From an uncultured Thermoleophilia bacterium (GTDB lineage: Bacteria > Actinomycetota > Thermoleophilia > UBA2241): a DNA stretch of 64,000 nt. The stretch covers positions 32,001-96,000 of the forward strand of contig CAVQSP010000003.1 of NCBI GenBank assembly GCA_963715985.1, written 5' to 3'. A program made the translations under genes and the position numbers. The notes below the pieces were generated by a model. The model was given only the letters and a program-made list of their open reading frames with translations, was not told where the DNA came from and made no database searches. Position 1 is the stretch's first letter; every line of letters begins with the position of its first letter. This document shows, piece after piece, positions 43,761 to 54,702 of this stretch.

Positions 43761-46042
43761 CACGCCACCTCTGCCTTGGCGGCCAGTGCCGCGACGATAC
43801 GCTCCGGGATGAGCGGCAAGTCCGACAGCTGCGTGCCGAGGGCGCTGTTCACGGCGTTGACGACCGCGGCCGCGGTGGGGACCGTGGCGATCTCGCCGAC
43901 GCTCTTGGCACCGAATGGGCCGTCGTCGCCCTCGTGCTCCACGAGCAGCACCTGGACGTCCGGCATGTCGGGTGCATTGACGATGTGGTAGTTCTTGAAC
44001 CCGTCGACACCACTGCGGCCTGCCGCATCCACGTCCACGTGCTCGTACAGCGCGTAGCCGATGCCCATCTGCACGGCGCCCTGGAACTGAGCCTCGCACA
44101 TGCCGCGGTTGATGGCGCGCCCCACGTCACCGACGGCCAGAAAGTCGGTGACCGCGGTCAGCCCCGTGGCGCAGTCCACCTCCACCTCCGCGAACTGTAC
44201 CGAGTAGGAGGCGGGGTTGGAGACCGCGTAGTAGGTGAGAGACGCGGAGATCTCCGGCAGGTGCCGCATCCCGCTGAGCACGGCGATGTCACGGTACGCG
44301 ATGGCGCGCTCGCCGTCGCCGCGCACGCGCACCGCCCCATCCTCCGTGTAGAGGCGCTCCACCGGCACCTGAAGCACATCCGCGGCAGCAGTCAGGATCC
44401 TGACCCTGACCTTCTCGGCCGTGTCGCGGGCGCAGGCGCCGACCACGTAGGTCATCCGGCTCCCGTACGTGCCGTAGTCGAACGGCGTCGTGGCCGTGTC
44501 GGCCTCGCCCGCGGCGATGAGATCCGGGTGGATGCCCAGCACCTCCGCGACGATGACCTTCATGGTGGTGACGACGCCGCAGCCGGGGTCGTGCAGGCTG
44601 GCGCTGAGCTCGAAGGTGCCGTCTTCGTTCATCTTCAGACCCATGTTGCTGGCCTCGGGGAAGGCGCCGAACATGCCGTTCTTGTGGGCGCCGCAGGCGA
44701 CCCCCACGCCGCGCCGGTAACGGCCCCGCCCCGCGGGGCGGGCCCGGCGCGCCGCCCAGTCGAAGGCCACGGCGCCGCGCTCCAGGCACTCGCGCACGCG
44801 CGCGTCGCCGAGCGACAGCCCGGTCACGAGATCCGTGTCGAAGGGCTCGAGCAGGTTCTTGAGCCGGAACTCGACCGGGTCCAGCCGCAGAGCAGCGGCC
44901 ACCCGGTCCATGTGGATCTCGGTGGCGGCGGCGATCTCCGGGGCGCCCCAGCCCCGCGCAGCGCCGCCGACCGGCGTGTTGGTGAGGACGGCCCGGCTAA
45001 GGTGGTGGTAGTGCGACACGCGGTACAGCTTGGTGACCTTCTTGCACATGTGGATCGAGTAGTCGGGCGTGCTTGACGCATACGCGCCTGAGTCCAGGGT
45101 GGACGCTGCCTCGAAGTCCAGCAGCTCCCCCTCGCGCGTGCAGGCGGTGCGGATCGTGGTGGCCGTGGCCGGACGCACCATCGTGGCGACGATGCACTCC
45201 TCGCGGTCCAGGAGCAGCTTCACGGCGCGCCGCGTCTCGCGCGCGAGAAAGGCGACCACCGGCTCGATGATGTACTCGGTCTTGCCGCCGAACGACCCGC
45301 CCATGGGCACCTTGATGACGCGCACACGGTGGTACTCCATGTGTAGCAACTCGGCGATGACGGTCCGCGCCGCATACGCGCCCTGGCTGGTCGTCCACAC
45401 CGTCATGCCCTTCGTGCTGTGGCCCTGGGCGATGCACACGTGCGGCTCCAGCGCCGCGTGGTGCACCCGCGGCGTGGTGGTGGTCGAGGACACGATGACC
45501 GCGCCGGAGACGTCGCGGCGTTCGCCCTTCTCGACCTCGTACTCGTACGCCACGTTACCGGAGGGGTGGATGGGGACGTCGTCCCGCCTGAGCGCGTCCT
45601 CCACCGTGAGCAGCGCCGGGAGCTCCTCGTACTCCACCTCGATGAGGGCCGCCCCCGCCTCGGCCGCCGCCCTCGACGCGGCGACGACCGCCGCCACGCG
45701 GTCGCCGACGAAGCGTACGTGCTCGCTGAACAGCGTCTCATCGTGCGTCGCGAGGTCCTGCCCGGGGTGGATGCGCGCCCGGCAGAACGTGTCCATCGGT
45801 GAATTGAAGCACGTGAAGACCTTGATGACGCCGGGCAGCGCCTCGGCGCGTGCCGTGTCGATACGCTTCACGATCCCATGCGGAATGGCGCTCAGCACGA
45901 GCTTGGCGTGGAGCATCCCCGGCAGCGCGAAGTCGCTGCCGTAGACGAGCTCGCCCGTCACCTTCTGAGCCACGTCATGAACGGGGTAGCTCCCGCCCAC
46001 GTACTTCAGATCCTCAACCAACCTCTCCGTCCTCCTGGTCAT
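43760..46042 (-). CDS. xanthine dehydrogenase-family molybdopterin-binding subunit
   Basis: KVTG, GGSFGGK, RGWGAPE, YGSR, GAKSVGE. Confidence 0.9.
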   Translation of the reverse strand: MTRRTERLVEDLKYVGGSYPVHDVAQKVTGELVYGSDFALPGMLHAKLVLSAIPHGIVKRIDTARAEALPGVIKVFTCFNSPMDTFCRARIHPGQDLATHDETLFSEHVRFVGDRVAAVVAASRAAAEAGAALIEVEYEELPALLTVEDALRRDDVPIHPSGNVAYEYEVEKGERRDVSGAVIVSSTTTTPRVHHAALEPHVCIAQGHSTKGMTVWTTSQGAYAARTVIAELLHMEYHRVRVIKVPMGGSFGGKTEYIIEPVVAFLARETRRAVKLLLDREECIVATMVRPATATTIRTACTREGELLDFEAASTLDSGAYASSTPDYSIHMCKKVTKLYRVSHYHHLSRAVLTNTPVGGAARGWGAPEIAAATEIHMDRVAAALRLDPVEFRLKNLLEPFDTDLVTGLSLGDARVRECLERGAVAFDWAARRARPAGRGRYRRGVGVACGAHKNGMFGAFPEASNMGLKMNEDGTFELSASLHDPGCGVVTTMKVIVAEVLGIHPDLIAAGEADTATTPFDYGTYGSRMTYVVGACARDTAEKVRVRILTAAADVLQVPVERLYTEDGAVRVRGDGERAIAYRDIAVLSGMRHLPEISASLTYYAVSNPASYSVQFAEVEVDCATGLTAVTDFLAVGDVGRAINRGMCEAQFQGAVQMGIGYALYEHVDVDAAGRSGVDGFKNYHIVNAPDMPDVQVLLVEHEGDDGPFGAKSVGEIATVPTAAAVVNAVNSALGTQLSDLPLIPERIVAALAAKAEVA

Positions 46043-46196
46043 GACGTGGCCGCTCGCTCCGCCCGCGAGAGCGTCCGTCCCGGGGCAGGCAAGGTCGAGC
46101 CCCTCGCTCTCGCCATGGACTCCGCCGGGCGCCTGTGCTCGTCACGGAGCCTTCTTCAGGGTCGCCGTCACCGGTGGTGCGGTCGGAACGCCGGCA

Positions 46197-47834
46197 TCAG
46201 ACGAGGTTGCCGGGCGGCCGGTCTTCGGGCCGGCTCGCGTCGAACCAGCGCTGGTACTCTACCCGACATCGCTGCGCCGTGGGCGCCGCGCAGGCGCCGC
46301 CCTCGGAGGTGCAGAGCAGCTCCGGCGGCAGGGCGCGGCCGACGGCGTCGGCCACGTCGATGGCCTCGTGCAAGGGCAACACGGCCTCGTGGCCGGCCAG
46401 CGCCATATCGGCGAACACGTGCGCCATACAGGTGGACGCCATGATGCGGCTGCGGCACGGCTGGCTGAGGCCGCCGGGCATGGGGTCGCAGGGCATGCCC
46501 GTGAACGCCTGCAGGGCCAGCGACGCCGCGTTCTCGGCGGCCTCCGGCGAGCCGCCGATCATCTCCACGACGGCGGCGGCGGCCATGGCGCCGCAGATGC
46601 CGGCCTCGCCGGTGCAGCCGAGCACCTCGCCCGTCGGCTCGGTGCGCGTGTAGGCGATGGCGCCAACGCCGGCGGCCACGAACAGCCCGTGCAGGAGGTC
46701 GTCGGCCGTGAGGCCGCGGGCCTCCTGCACGGCGCTGAGGGCGGCGTACACGTAGCCACCTCCGCCGCCCATCGGTCCGGGCACGTTCTCCACGCCCGGC
46801 ACGCCGGCGCCGGCGCCGTACGCGTACTTGATCGTCGCCGCGGTGACGCCGTCGGTGATGCGCGCCGGCGTGACCGCGTGCCGCTCCCAGCGGCCGGCGA
46901 AGTCGGGCTTGAACGGGCTCGCCGGCACGGTCACATCCTCCTCGTACACGGCTCTCGTCTGGCGGCGCATGAGGACGGCAAGCTCGCCCATGCGGTCGGT
47001 CACCCACGCGGCCGGCCAGCCCGAGGCGTCCACCTCGTACTGCACGGCGACCTCCCACAGCGCGAGGCCGCGCTCCTCCGCGAGCTCGCGCCAGCGGGTC
47101 ATGGAGTCGAACAGCTGTGGCTTGCGGTCGGCCTGGCTCACCACCGGCAGCAGCGGGCGCAGCAGCGACAGGCGGCAGGCCAGCCCGTCGCCGTCGAGCA
47201 CCTTGCGCAGGTCCGCGAGCAGGGGCTCGACGGGGAGCGCGAACGTGTACATCACGCCGCGGCCCTCCACGCGCAGCGTCTGCGCGTCCACCAGCTCCGG
47301 CAGTTCGGCGCGCAGCCGCTCCAGCTGCTCCTCCACCAGGCTCTCCTGCGGATCCTGGACGAGGAGGACGAAGGCGTCGCCGAGCGTGCGCACGGGGAAG
47401 CCGTCCACGGTGACCGTCTCCACCATGCCGCCACCGGTGGAGTTGCCCACCAGATCGACCATGAGCCCGTCGCGGCCGGTGAGCACGAACTTCACCGCGT
47501 TGGGGTGATCGCTCTCCGCGAGGTGCGTGAACGCGAACGAGACCTCCACCCCGGCCTCCTCGGCCAGCTCGAAGCTGCGGAAGAGCCGCTCGTCGTCGGG
47601 CAGCAGGCCGAGGACGCCGGCCACCATGGCCCTGTCCTCGGCCATGATGCCGAAGGTGCCGGCGAAGGAGCCCTGCTCGTCCATCTCGATGCGCATCCGC
47701 GCGACCGGCTCGCCCAGCAGGTCGCCGGCGAGGCGCCCGAGCCGGCAGGGCCCGGCAGTGTGCGAGCTGGACCCCGGCTGCATCACCGGGCCGAACACGT
47801 CGTTGAAGAACTCCGGGTAGGCGGCGATGGTCAC
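46197..47834 (-). CDS. Fe-S L-serine dehydratase-like protein, fused beta+alpha
   Basis: GPVMQPGSSSHTAG, HPNA, STGGG, three Cys motifs GCTGE / MPCDP / QPC. Confidence 0.8.
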   Translation of the reverse strand: MTIAAYPEFFNDVFGPVMQPGSSSHTAGPCRLGRLAGDLLGEPVARMRIEMDEQGSFAGTFGIMAEDRAMVAGVLGLLPDDERLFRSFELAEEAGVEVSFAFTHLAESDHPNAVKFVLTGRDGLMVDLVGNSTGGGMVETVTVDGFPVRTLGDAFVLLVQDPQESLVEEQLERLRAELPELVDAQTLRVEGRGVMYTFALPVEPLLADLRKVLDGDGLACRLSLLRPLLPVVSQADRKPQLFDSMTRWRELAEERGLALWEVAVQYEVDASGWPAAWVTDRMGELAVLMRRQTRAVYEEDVTVPASPFKPDFAGRWERHAVTPARITDGVTAATIKYAYGAGAGVPGVENVPGPMGGGGGYVYAALSAVQEARGLTADDLLHGLFVAAGVGAIAYTRTEPTGEVLGCTGEAGICGAMAAAAVVEMIGGSPEAAENAASLALQAFTGMPCDPMPGGLSQPCRSRIMASTCMAHVFADMALAGHEAVLPLHEAIDVADAVGRALPPELLCTSEGGACAAPTAQRCRVEYQRWFDASRPEDRPPGNLV

Positions 47835-47857
47835 GGCTCAGTCCTCCGTCAGCGTGT

Positions 47858-48986
47858 TCACGAGTGATGGTACCTCTCGTCGCGCCGGTACAGCTCCGCG
47901 GCGCGCGCCACGGCGTCGCGGTCGAGATCGACGCCCAGGCCCGGTGCCTCGAAGGGCCCGATCTTGCCGGCGACCGGCTCGAGGTCGGGGCTGAGCACCA
48001 GGTCCTCGTCGAGCAGCTGATGCATGATCTGGTTGCCGTCGGTGAGGTTGGCGGTGCGCAGGCCCAGATGGTGCTGCGCGGCGTCGGTGATGCTGCTCAC
48101 GCCCTGGCCGTGCAGGCACACGGAGACGCCGGCCGCCTCGGCGACGGCGGCGGCCTTGCCGAAGGCGAGCAGGCCGCCGGTCTCGTGCAGCGAGAGCACG
48201 ACCGCGTCGGCGGCGCGCTGCCGGCAGATCTCGTACACGTCGGACGGCGTGAAGACCGCCTGGTCGGCGGCGATCGGCACGCCGACCGACTCCCTGACCT
48301 GGCGCATGGCGGCGATGCTCAGCAGCGACGTGGGCTGCTCGATCCAGTCGGGCTCGAAGCGCTCGAGGCGGCGGATCATGTGGATGGCCTCGGCCACGCT
48401 CCAGGCGCAGTTGGCGTCCAGGCGCAGGCGGCGGTCGCCGATGACTTCCCGCACGGCCGCCGTGTTGCGCAGGTCGGCGGCCTCGCCGCGCCCGACCTTC
48501 ATGTAGATGACGCCGTAGCCGGCGGCCGCGAGTCGCTCCGCGTGCGCGGCGAGCTCCTCCGCCGTGTCGCCCTGCACGAAGCCGAAGTAGTCCACGTCGT
48601 CGCGCACGGCGCCGCCGAGGAGCTGGTGCACCGGCCGCCCGGCGGCCTTGCCGAGGATGTCCCACAAGGCCATCTCGAGGCCGGCGAGCACGAAGTCGGC
48701 GTGCCACGGCGTGTGGTTGAAACTGCCCAGAAAGCGTGCCCGCGTGACCAGGCGTTCGACGTCCCACGCGGGCTCGCCGACGAACAGCGGCGTGACACCC
48801 TGCGAGCTCCGCGACCACGCCCTCGGCGGGAAACGCGGCGACGGACTCACCGACGCCCACGATGCCCTCGTCGGTCTCGACCTCCACGAGCACGACGGCG
48901 CAGCCGTAGTCCACGCGGCCGGCCCAGTGGTAGGGCTCACGGAAGCGCAGCGCAAGCGGCGTGGTCGAGATGCGCGTGATCAGCAT
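47858..48986 (-). CDS. mandelate racemase / muconate lactonizing enzyme family (frameshift near 48803)
   Basis: ETDEGIVGVGE, EMALWDILGKAAGRPVHQLLGG, LDAN, IEQP, PGLGVDLD. Confidence 0.85.
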
Positions 48987-49238
48987 GACGCTCCCCGGGT
49001 GCGGCTGGTCGCGGTCGGCAGAGCCTCCCGCGAACGGGTCGTCTTCCAGTCTCGCGCCGGGTGGCCCAGCCCGCAACGCCCGCAGGACCGCGTCTCGCAT
49101 TCCGGACGGTCTCTGCGCGCCGGAAGGAAAACAGGGTCCAGCACGCTGGACCGACCGCCACGAGCGTTGACCCGCGACGCAACGCGCCGCCATCATTCCC
49201 CGCGTAGCACAGGCATGCTGAAAGGACCGCTGACACCC

Positions 49239-50357
49239 ATGGCGACCAACGACATCACCTGCTCCTTCAAGGACTCGGCTCTAGGCCTCGACTACTACTG
49301 GCCGGGAACGAGCATCCGCGAGGCCTGCGAGCGCTTCGACCTGCGCCCGGACCAGGTGGTCAAGATGGCGTCCAACGAGTGCGCCTACGGACCGTCGCCG
49401 CGAGCCATCGAGGCGGCCGCCGCGGCGCTCGCTACGAGTTCGATCTACCCGTCGTCCAAGTACGACTACTCCGCGCTCACCCGCGCCTTCGCGGGCTACG
49501 CCGGGGTCGACGCCTCGATGATCGCGCCGGCGCCGGGCTCGGAGACCATGGTGCGCTACCTGACGCTGGTCTTTCTCGGCCACGACACCGAGGTCGTGGT
49601 CTCGTCGCAGAGCTACGACGGCCACCAGATCGCTTCGTGCATCGCCGGCGCCACGGTGCGCTCGGTCCCGCCCGTGGACTACCGCTACGACGTGGACGGC
49701 CTCATCGCCGCGGTCAACGAGCGCACGCGCATCATCTGGGTGTGCAATCCGGACAACCCCTCGGGGACGGCGCTGACCGCGGCCGAGGCCCGCCGCCTGA
49801 TCGCGGCAGTGCCGCCCTCAGTGGCGGTCGTGTTCGACGAGGCGTACCACGAGTTCGTCGACGACCCCGACTACGGCGACGGCCAGGACCTGCTGCTGGC
49901 GGGCCACCGCAACGTGGTCGTCCTCCGCACGCTCTCCAAGGCGTTCGGCCTCGCTGCCCTGCGCCTGGGCTACGCCATCGCCGACCCCGAGCTCTGCACG
50001 ATCGTCGACAACATCCGCGAGCCGTTCTACATCGCCGGCCCATCCTGCGCGGCGGGCATCGCCGCCGTGACCGAGGACGTCGAGTGGTCACGCCGCGTGT
50101 GCGCCGAGACCGTCTCCGAGCGGGCGCGCGTGCAGGCCGCGCTCGCCGGCCTCGGCCTCGGCGTGGTGCCGAGCCAGGCCAACTTCGTGCTCGTGGACAC
50201 CGGCAAGGACGGCACCGGACTGTACGAGCGCCTCATGCGCCACGGCATCATCGTGCGCCTGGGCAGCATCTGGGGCTACGACACGCACGTGCGCATCACC
50301 ATCGGCACGCCGGAGCAGAACGACCGCCTGCTGGCGGCTGTGGCGGCGGAGATCTGA
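49239..50357 (+). CDS. hisC: histidinol-phosphate aminotransferase family (class I/II PLP)
   Basis: KMASNE, CNPDNPSG, FDEAYHEF, RTLSKAFGLAALRLGY, SQANF, RITIGT. Confidence 0.8.
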   Translation: MATNDITCSFKDSALGLDYYWPGTSIREACERFDLRPDQVVKMASNECAYGPSPRAIEAAAAALATSSIYPSSKYDYSALTRAFAGYAGVDASMIAPAPGSETMVRYLTLVFLGHDTEVVVSSQSYDGHQIASCIAGATVRSVPPVDYRYDVDGLIAAVNERTRIIWVCNPDNPSGTALTAAEARRLIAAVPPSVAVVFDEAYHEFVDDPDYGDGQDLLLAGHRNVVVLRTLSKAFGLAALRLGYAIADPELCTIVDNIREPFYIAGPSCAAGIAAVTEDVEWSRRVCAETVSERARVQAALAGLGLGVVPSQANFVLVDTGKDGTGLYERLMRHGIIVRLGSIWGYDTHVRITIGTPEQNDRLLAAVAAEI

Positions 50358-50569
50358 CAGCGGCCCGGCTGCCGCCGGCCGGTCCGTGGCACGCAACGCG
50401 GCAGGTCCTCCGAAGAGGTCCGCGATGCTCTGCGGAGCAGCTGTTCCGATTCGCGGTTTCGAGAGACAATGCCAGCGGACGTACGCTCATGTGAAAGGGC
50501 GCATCGCACCATGTTGTGTGGCTCGTCGAGCGTGCCCCGCGCATCCACGTTCCTGAGAGGTGAGTCCTG

Positions 50570-51383
50570 ATGTTCGGCTTCATCTTCATCGGCGGCTGGG
50601 GCGACGTGAAGAAGCAACTCGTCGGCAACGTTGGGCTGCACACCTGCCCGGTCTGCCACGAGGTCTCCCGCTGGGACATCTTCCAGATCGACAAGCGGGC
50701 CACCGTCTACTTCATGCCGGTGTTCAAGTACTCGTCGAGGAAGGTAGTGGTCTGCTCTCACTGCGGGAACGGGGCGGAGGTGAGTGACCTGGACGTCGCG
50801 AACCTGCGGGCCCAGGGACAGACCACAGTGCCCGGCAGTGCGGCCCCGCGATCGGCGGCACCCGCTGCGCCGGCGCCGCAGCCCGCGCCCCCCGCCCAAC
50901 CCGGCCCGCCGCCGCGACCTCCGCTCCAGTCGGCGCCACCAGCGGGACAGCCCGGCAGACCCGCACCACAGCCCGGGGCGCCCTCGCGCCCGGCGCCCCA
51001 GTTCGGTGTGGCCCCACCGGGCACGGATCCTGCTCTCGCCAAGTGGGTCCGCACCCTGCAGGGGATCCTCGTCAAGACAGGCTACGCGGTCCAGGACGTG
51101 CGGTGGGGCGAACAGCCCTACGGCGTGCAGTGCCGCGTCTCGGCGGCCTTTCTTCTGAACGGCACGAGCTACCTCATCAGCGCGCACAAGACGACGAAGC
51201 TGGCCGAGCGGTACGCCCAGGCCCTGGAGGACGACCCGTCGATACAGCAGGCCGCGCAGGCCGGGACGCACCTCATGAGGGTGATGGAGAAGCGGGTGCT
51301 CCGCGTCCACGACGCGCGCGGCGTCGACGCCGGCGATGCTGGAGCGCTGGGTCAAGACGGTCGGCTGGTACCCGCTACCCTAG
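50570..51383 (+). CDS. zinc-ribbon protein with Pro/Ala-rich linker (probable frameshift near 51331)
   Basis: CPVC...YFMPVF...CSHC; removing one base gives a stop at 51381-51383 and avoids overlap with the convergent gene. Confidence 0.65.
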
Positions 51384-51441
51384 CTGGGGCCGGCGCAGGC
51401 GCCGGCGGGGCGGCGCGGCGCCGGCCGCCACAACGCCGGCG

Positions 51442-52884
51442 CTACTGCACCAGCTTCTCGTCAGCACGCCGCACAACGGCGTCCAGATCGCGCTTGACGT
51501 CGTCAGGCAGGTCGAGCGGCGCAAGAGTGCCGCGCAGCTCCCGGTACTTCTCCACGGCGCGGTCGTACAGGTCCGGCTCACCCGCCGTCTGCCACGTGTC
51601 CAGCGGGTCGGCGATGAAGATGTCCTGGCGCACGGCCTCACGGCAGTGCTTGAGCGTGTGCTTGGCGCGGAGGTAGTGGCCGCCGGCGCCGGCGTCGAGG
51701 ATCGCCTGCACGCCCAGCGTGTCGTCGTCCACCTGCACGCCGGCCACGTAGCGGCGCAGCAGCGCCGTCATGCGGTCGTCGATGATCAGCTGCACGGGGC
51801 TGGCCAGCGTGGAGCCGCCGAGGCGGCCGGCGCCGTAGGCCACGTCCGCGCCGGCCATCGTGTTCAGCGTCGCGTTCACGCTCTTGGCCAGCAGGGTCTG
51901 GCCGTCCGAGACGTACGAGTCGGTCCAGAGCGAGGCCATGAGCACCGGTACGTGGAAGGCCTCGCGCATGAACTGCGCGGCCGCGGCCTGCGCGAGCGCC
52001 GTCTCCACCGAGGCGATGTTCGAGTTGCCCGTCGCCATGTCCAGCGTCGAGTTGTAGCCACAGGCGAGGATCGGGTGGCCCGGCGCCAGCACCTGCGTCA
52101 TCACGATCATGGCCAGCACCTCGACGCCCACCAGCAGAGCGCCGCCCGCCGGGGTGATGGGGCCCGTGCCGCCGCCGAGAACAAGGCTGCAGGGAGCGAC
52201 CGGGATGCCGTACTTGCAGCACAGCGTGATGGTCTCGAGGTCCATGTCCTTGAAGACCAGCGGCGAGAGCGACGTCGGGTCGAACCAGGCGAGCGGCCGG
52301 TCGCGCAGGGCCTCCTCGCTGCCGGCGCGCGCCAGCAGCAGCTCGAAGAGGTAGGGAACGCTCTCCATGCAGTAGGCGAGCAGGTTCAGGGGCTTGGACG
52401 TGTTCTGCAGCTGCACGGCCAGGGCGTGGATGTCGGCCGTCTCGGGCGGCACGTCCATCGGCGTCTGGATGGCGCAGGCGTCGATGTTGGGCAGTGCCTC
52501 GATCAGCTGGCACCACTCGGCGAAGAGCTCTTCGGTGTTGTCGCGGAACGCACCCGTCTCGGGGTCGAGGTAGAGCATGGACTGGATGCAGCTGGACGTG
52601 TAGAAGGAGCGGTCCGGATGCGGCAGGGTGAGGTCGTGGGCCGCGTCTCCCCCCTTGGCGACGAACTCGCGCGGAGCCGAGGCGAGGGCGGACTCGATGA
52701 GGTCCGCCGGGAACTTGACCATGCGCGTGGCGTCGTCAACCTCGCAGCCGGCGTCGCGCAGCCACCCAAGTGCGCCCTCGTGGTCCACCTTCACTCCGTG
52801 CCCGGAGAGGATCTCCACGCACTTCTCGTAGACGGTGGCGACTTCAGTGCTGGTCAGCGGCTGGATGCTGAGGGTGCCGGACAT
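51442..52884 (-). CDS. MttB-superfamily methyltransferase, pyrrolysine-free, distant from copies 1-4
   Basis: ILSGHGVKVDH, SPL, GGTGPITPAG, LDMATG, TDSYVSDGQ (Trp at Pyl-equivalent site), GGHYLRAKHT; ends in TAG. Confidence 0.85.
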   Translation of the reverse strand: MSGTLSIQPLTSTEVATVYEKCVEILSGHGVKVDHEGALGWLRDAGCEVDDATRMVKFPADLIESALASAPREFVAKGGDAAHDLTLPHPDRSFYTSSCIQSMLYLDPETGAFRDNTEELFAEWCQLIEALPNIDACAIQTPMDVPPETADIHALAVQLQNTSKPLNLLAYCMESVPYLFELLLARAGSEEALRDRPLAWFDPTSLSPLVFKDMDLETITLCCKYGIPVAPCSLVLGGGTGPITPAGGALLVGVEVLAMIVMTQVLAPGHPILACGYNSTLDMATGNSNIASVETALAQAAAAQFMREAFHVPVLMASLWTDSYVSDGQTLLAKSVNATLNTMAGADVAYGAGRLGGSTLASPVQLIIDDRMTALLRRYVAGVQVDDDTLGVQAILDAGAGGHYLRAKHTLKHCREAVRQDIFIADPLDTWQTAGEPDLYDRAVEKYRELRGTLAPLDLPDDVKRDLDAVVRRADEKLVQ

Positions 52885-53127
52885 GGGGGACCTCCTCGGA
52901 GGAGTGAAGACGACAAGAGCGGCGGCCGCCGGCCGACCTCAGGGGGGCGGGTCTCGCCAAGCGGCCGCCGCCGCGCGCCAAGACTAGGCGCCGCCGCCTG
53001 GGCGTTCAAGGCTCTGGACCCGCCGGTCCCACATGCTGGAGACGAGAAGGGGGCGGGATCACCTTGCGGAGACCCGCGGGACGCCCTCAGTGACCGGCCG
53101 GAATGGTGCTGGTGGCCGGGGCGCACG

Positions 53128-54702
53128 TCAGTCCGCCAGCGCCACCAGCAGGTCGCCGCCTTTGACCAGCTCCAGAGCCGCGGCGATGTCCACGTCCAGA
53201 GGCCGGTCTTCCTCCAGCACCGGCACGCGTTCGCGCAGCACGGCGCGAGCACGCGCCGTGCGTGACCCCTGCGGTCGGCCGCGCAGGTCCACACCCTGGC
53301 AGGCGCAGAGAAGCTCGATGGCCAGCACGGTCTGGGCGTTCTCGATGATCTCGCGGGCGTGGCGGGCGGCGATGGCGCCCATGCTGACGTGGTCCTCCTG
53401 GTTGGCCGACGTCGGGATCGAATCCACGCTGGCCGGGTGGGCGAGCACCTTGTTCTCGCTGACCAGCGCCGCGGCCGTGTACTGGGCCACCATGAAGCCG
53501 TCGTTCAGGCCCCCGTCACGCGTCAGGAAGCCGGGAAGGCCGGCGCTCAAGGCCGGGTTCACCAGCCGTTCGGTGCGGCGTTCCGAGATGCTCGCCAGCT
53601 CGGCCACGGCGATGCCGAGGAAGTCCATGGCGAGCGCGAGCGGCTGGCCGTGGAAGTTGCCGCCGCTGAGGACGTCGCCGGCGATCGGCGACGCGGCGTC
53701 AGCAGCGCCGGCTTCGATGCCCACGGCGTCGTCAACGGGGAACACCAGTGGGTTGTCGGTGACGGAGCCGGTCTCGGTCTCCACGACGCCGCGCACGTAG
53801 GCGACGGCGTCGCGCGAGGCGCCGTGCACCTGCGGCATGCAGCGGAGGGCGTAGGCGTCCTGGACGCGCCCGTGGGACGCCTGCTGCACGGCTGGACTGT
53901 CCGCCAGCAGCTTGCGCAGGTTGGCGGCCGTCGTGATCTGGCCGGGGTGCGGACGCGCCTCGTGCAGGCGTGCGTCGAAGGCGTCGGGAACGGCCTCGAG
54001 GGCCTCGGCCGTGAGGGCGCCGATCACGTCGGCCGTGTCGGCGAGGCGCGCGGCATCGCAGACGGCCAGCGCCCCCAGCGCCGCCATGGCCTGCGTGCCG
54101 TTGCAGAGCGAGAGGCCCTCCTTGGCGGCGAGCCGGACGGGCTCGATGCCCGCCGCCTGCAGAGCCTCCTTCCCGTACATAGTACGGTCGCTGGTCTCCG
54201 CTGCATGCGCCAAGGTCGCGCGGCCGCCGCCCATGAGCACCAGGGCGATGTGAGCGAGTGGGGCGAGGTCGCCGGAGGCGCCCACCGAGCCTTTGCTCGG
54301 CACCACCGGCAGCACGCCCCGCTCGAGCATCGCCACGAGCGTGTCCACGATGACCGGCCGCACTCCCGAGAGTCCGGCCGCCAGGGAGTTGGCGCGCAGC
54401 AGCAGCATGGCGCGCACGACCTCGGCCGGGAACGGCTCGCCGACGCCGGTGCAGCAGCTGGTCACGAGGTGCTCCTGCAGCCGCTCGACGTCGGCGTCGG
54501 CGATGCGCACGTCGGCGAGCCGACCGAAGCCCGTGTTCACGCCGTACACCGGGTCGCCGCGCCGCAGCTTGTCCTCGATCACGGCGCGGCTGCGCGCCAT
54601 GCTCGAGTACGCCTCGAGCGCGACCGTCACGGAAGCGCCTTCGCGCGCGACGCGCGCGACGTCCTCCACGCTCAGGCTGCTGCCGTCTATGCGCACGGTC
54701 AT
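53128..54702 (-). CDS. hutH: MIO-dependent ammonia-lyase, histidine ammonia-lyase family (variant)
   Basis: YGVNTGFG, GSVGASGDLAPL (MIO), KEGL, QDAYALRC, GGNFHG, NQEDHVSMG. Confidence 0.85.
   Translation of the reverse strand: MTVRIDGSSLSVEDVARVAREGASVTVALEAYSSMARSRAVIEDKLRRGDPVYGVNTGFGRLADVRIADADVERLQEHLVTSCCTGVGEPFPAEVVRAMLLLRANSLAAGLSGVRPVIVDTLVAMLERGVLPVVPSKGSVGASGDLAPLAHIALVLMGGGRATLAHAAETSDRTMYGKEALQAAGIEPVRLAAKEGLSLCNGTQAMAALGALAVCDAARLADTADVIGALTAEALEAVPDAFDARLHEARPHPGQITTAANLRKLLADSPAVQQASHGRVQDAYALRCMPQVHGASRDAVAYVRGVVETETGSVTDNPLVFPVDDAVGIEAGAADAASPIAGDVLSGGNFHGQPLALAMDFLGIAVAELASISERRTERLVNPALSAGLPGFLTRDGGLNDGFMVAQYTAAALVSENKVLAHPASVDSIPTSANQEDHVSMGAIAARHAREIIENAQTVLAIELLCACQGVDLRGRPQGSRTARARAVLRERVPVLEEDRPLDVDIAAALELVKGGDLLVALAD

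Noticed and set aside
42275-46042. Selenocysteine recoding in the molybdenum hydroxylase genes
   Set aside because: No in-frame TGA interrupts these ORFs.
53128-54702. Ergothionase (trimethylamine-releasing lyase) feeding MttB
   Set aside because: The MIO-forming ASG motif is intact, whereas ergothionase lacks MIO.
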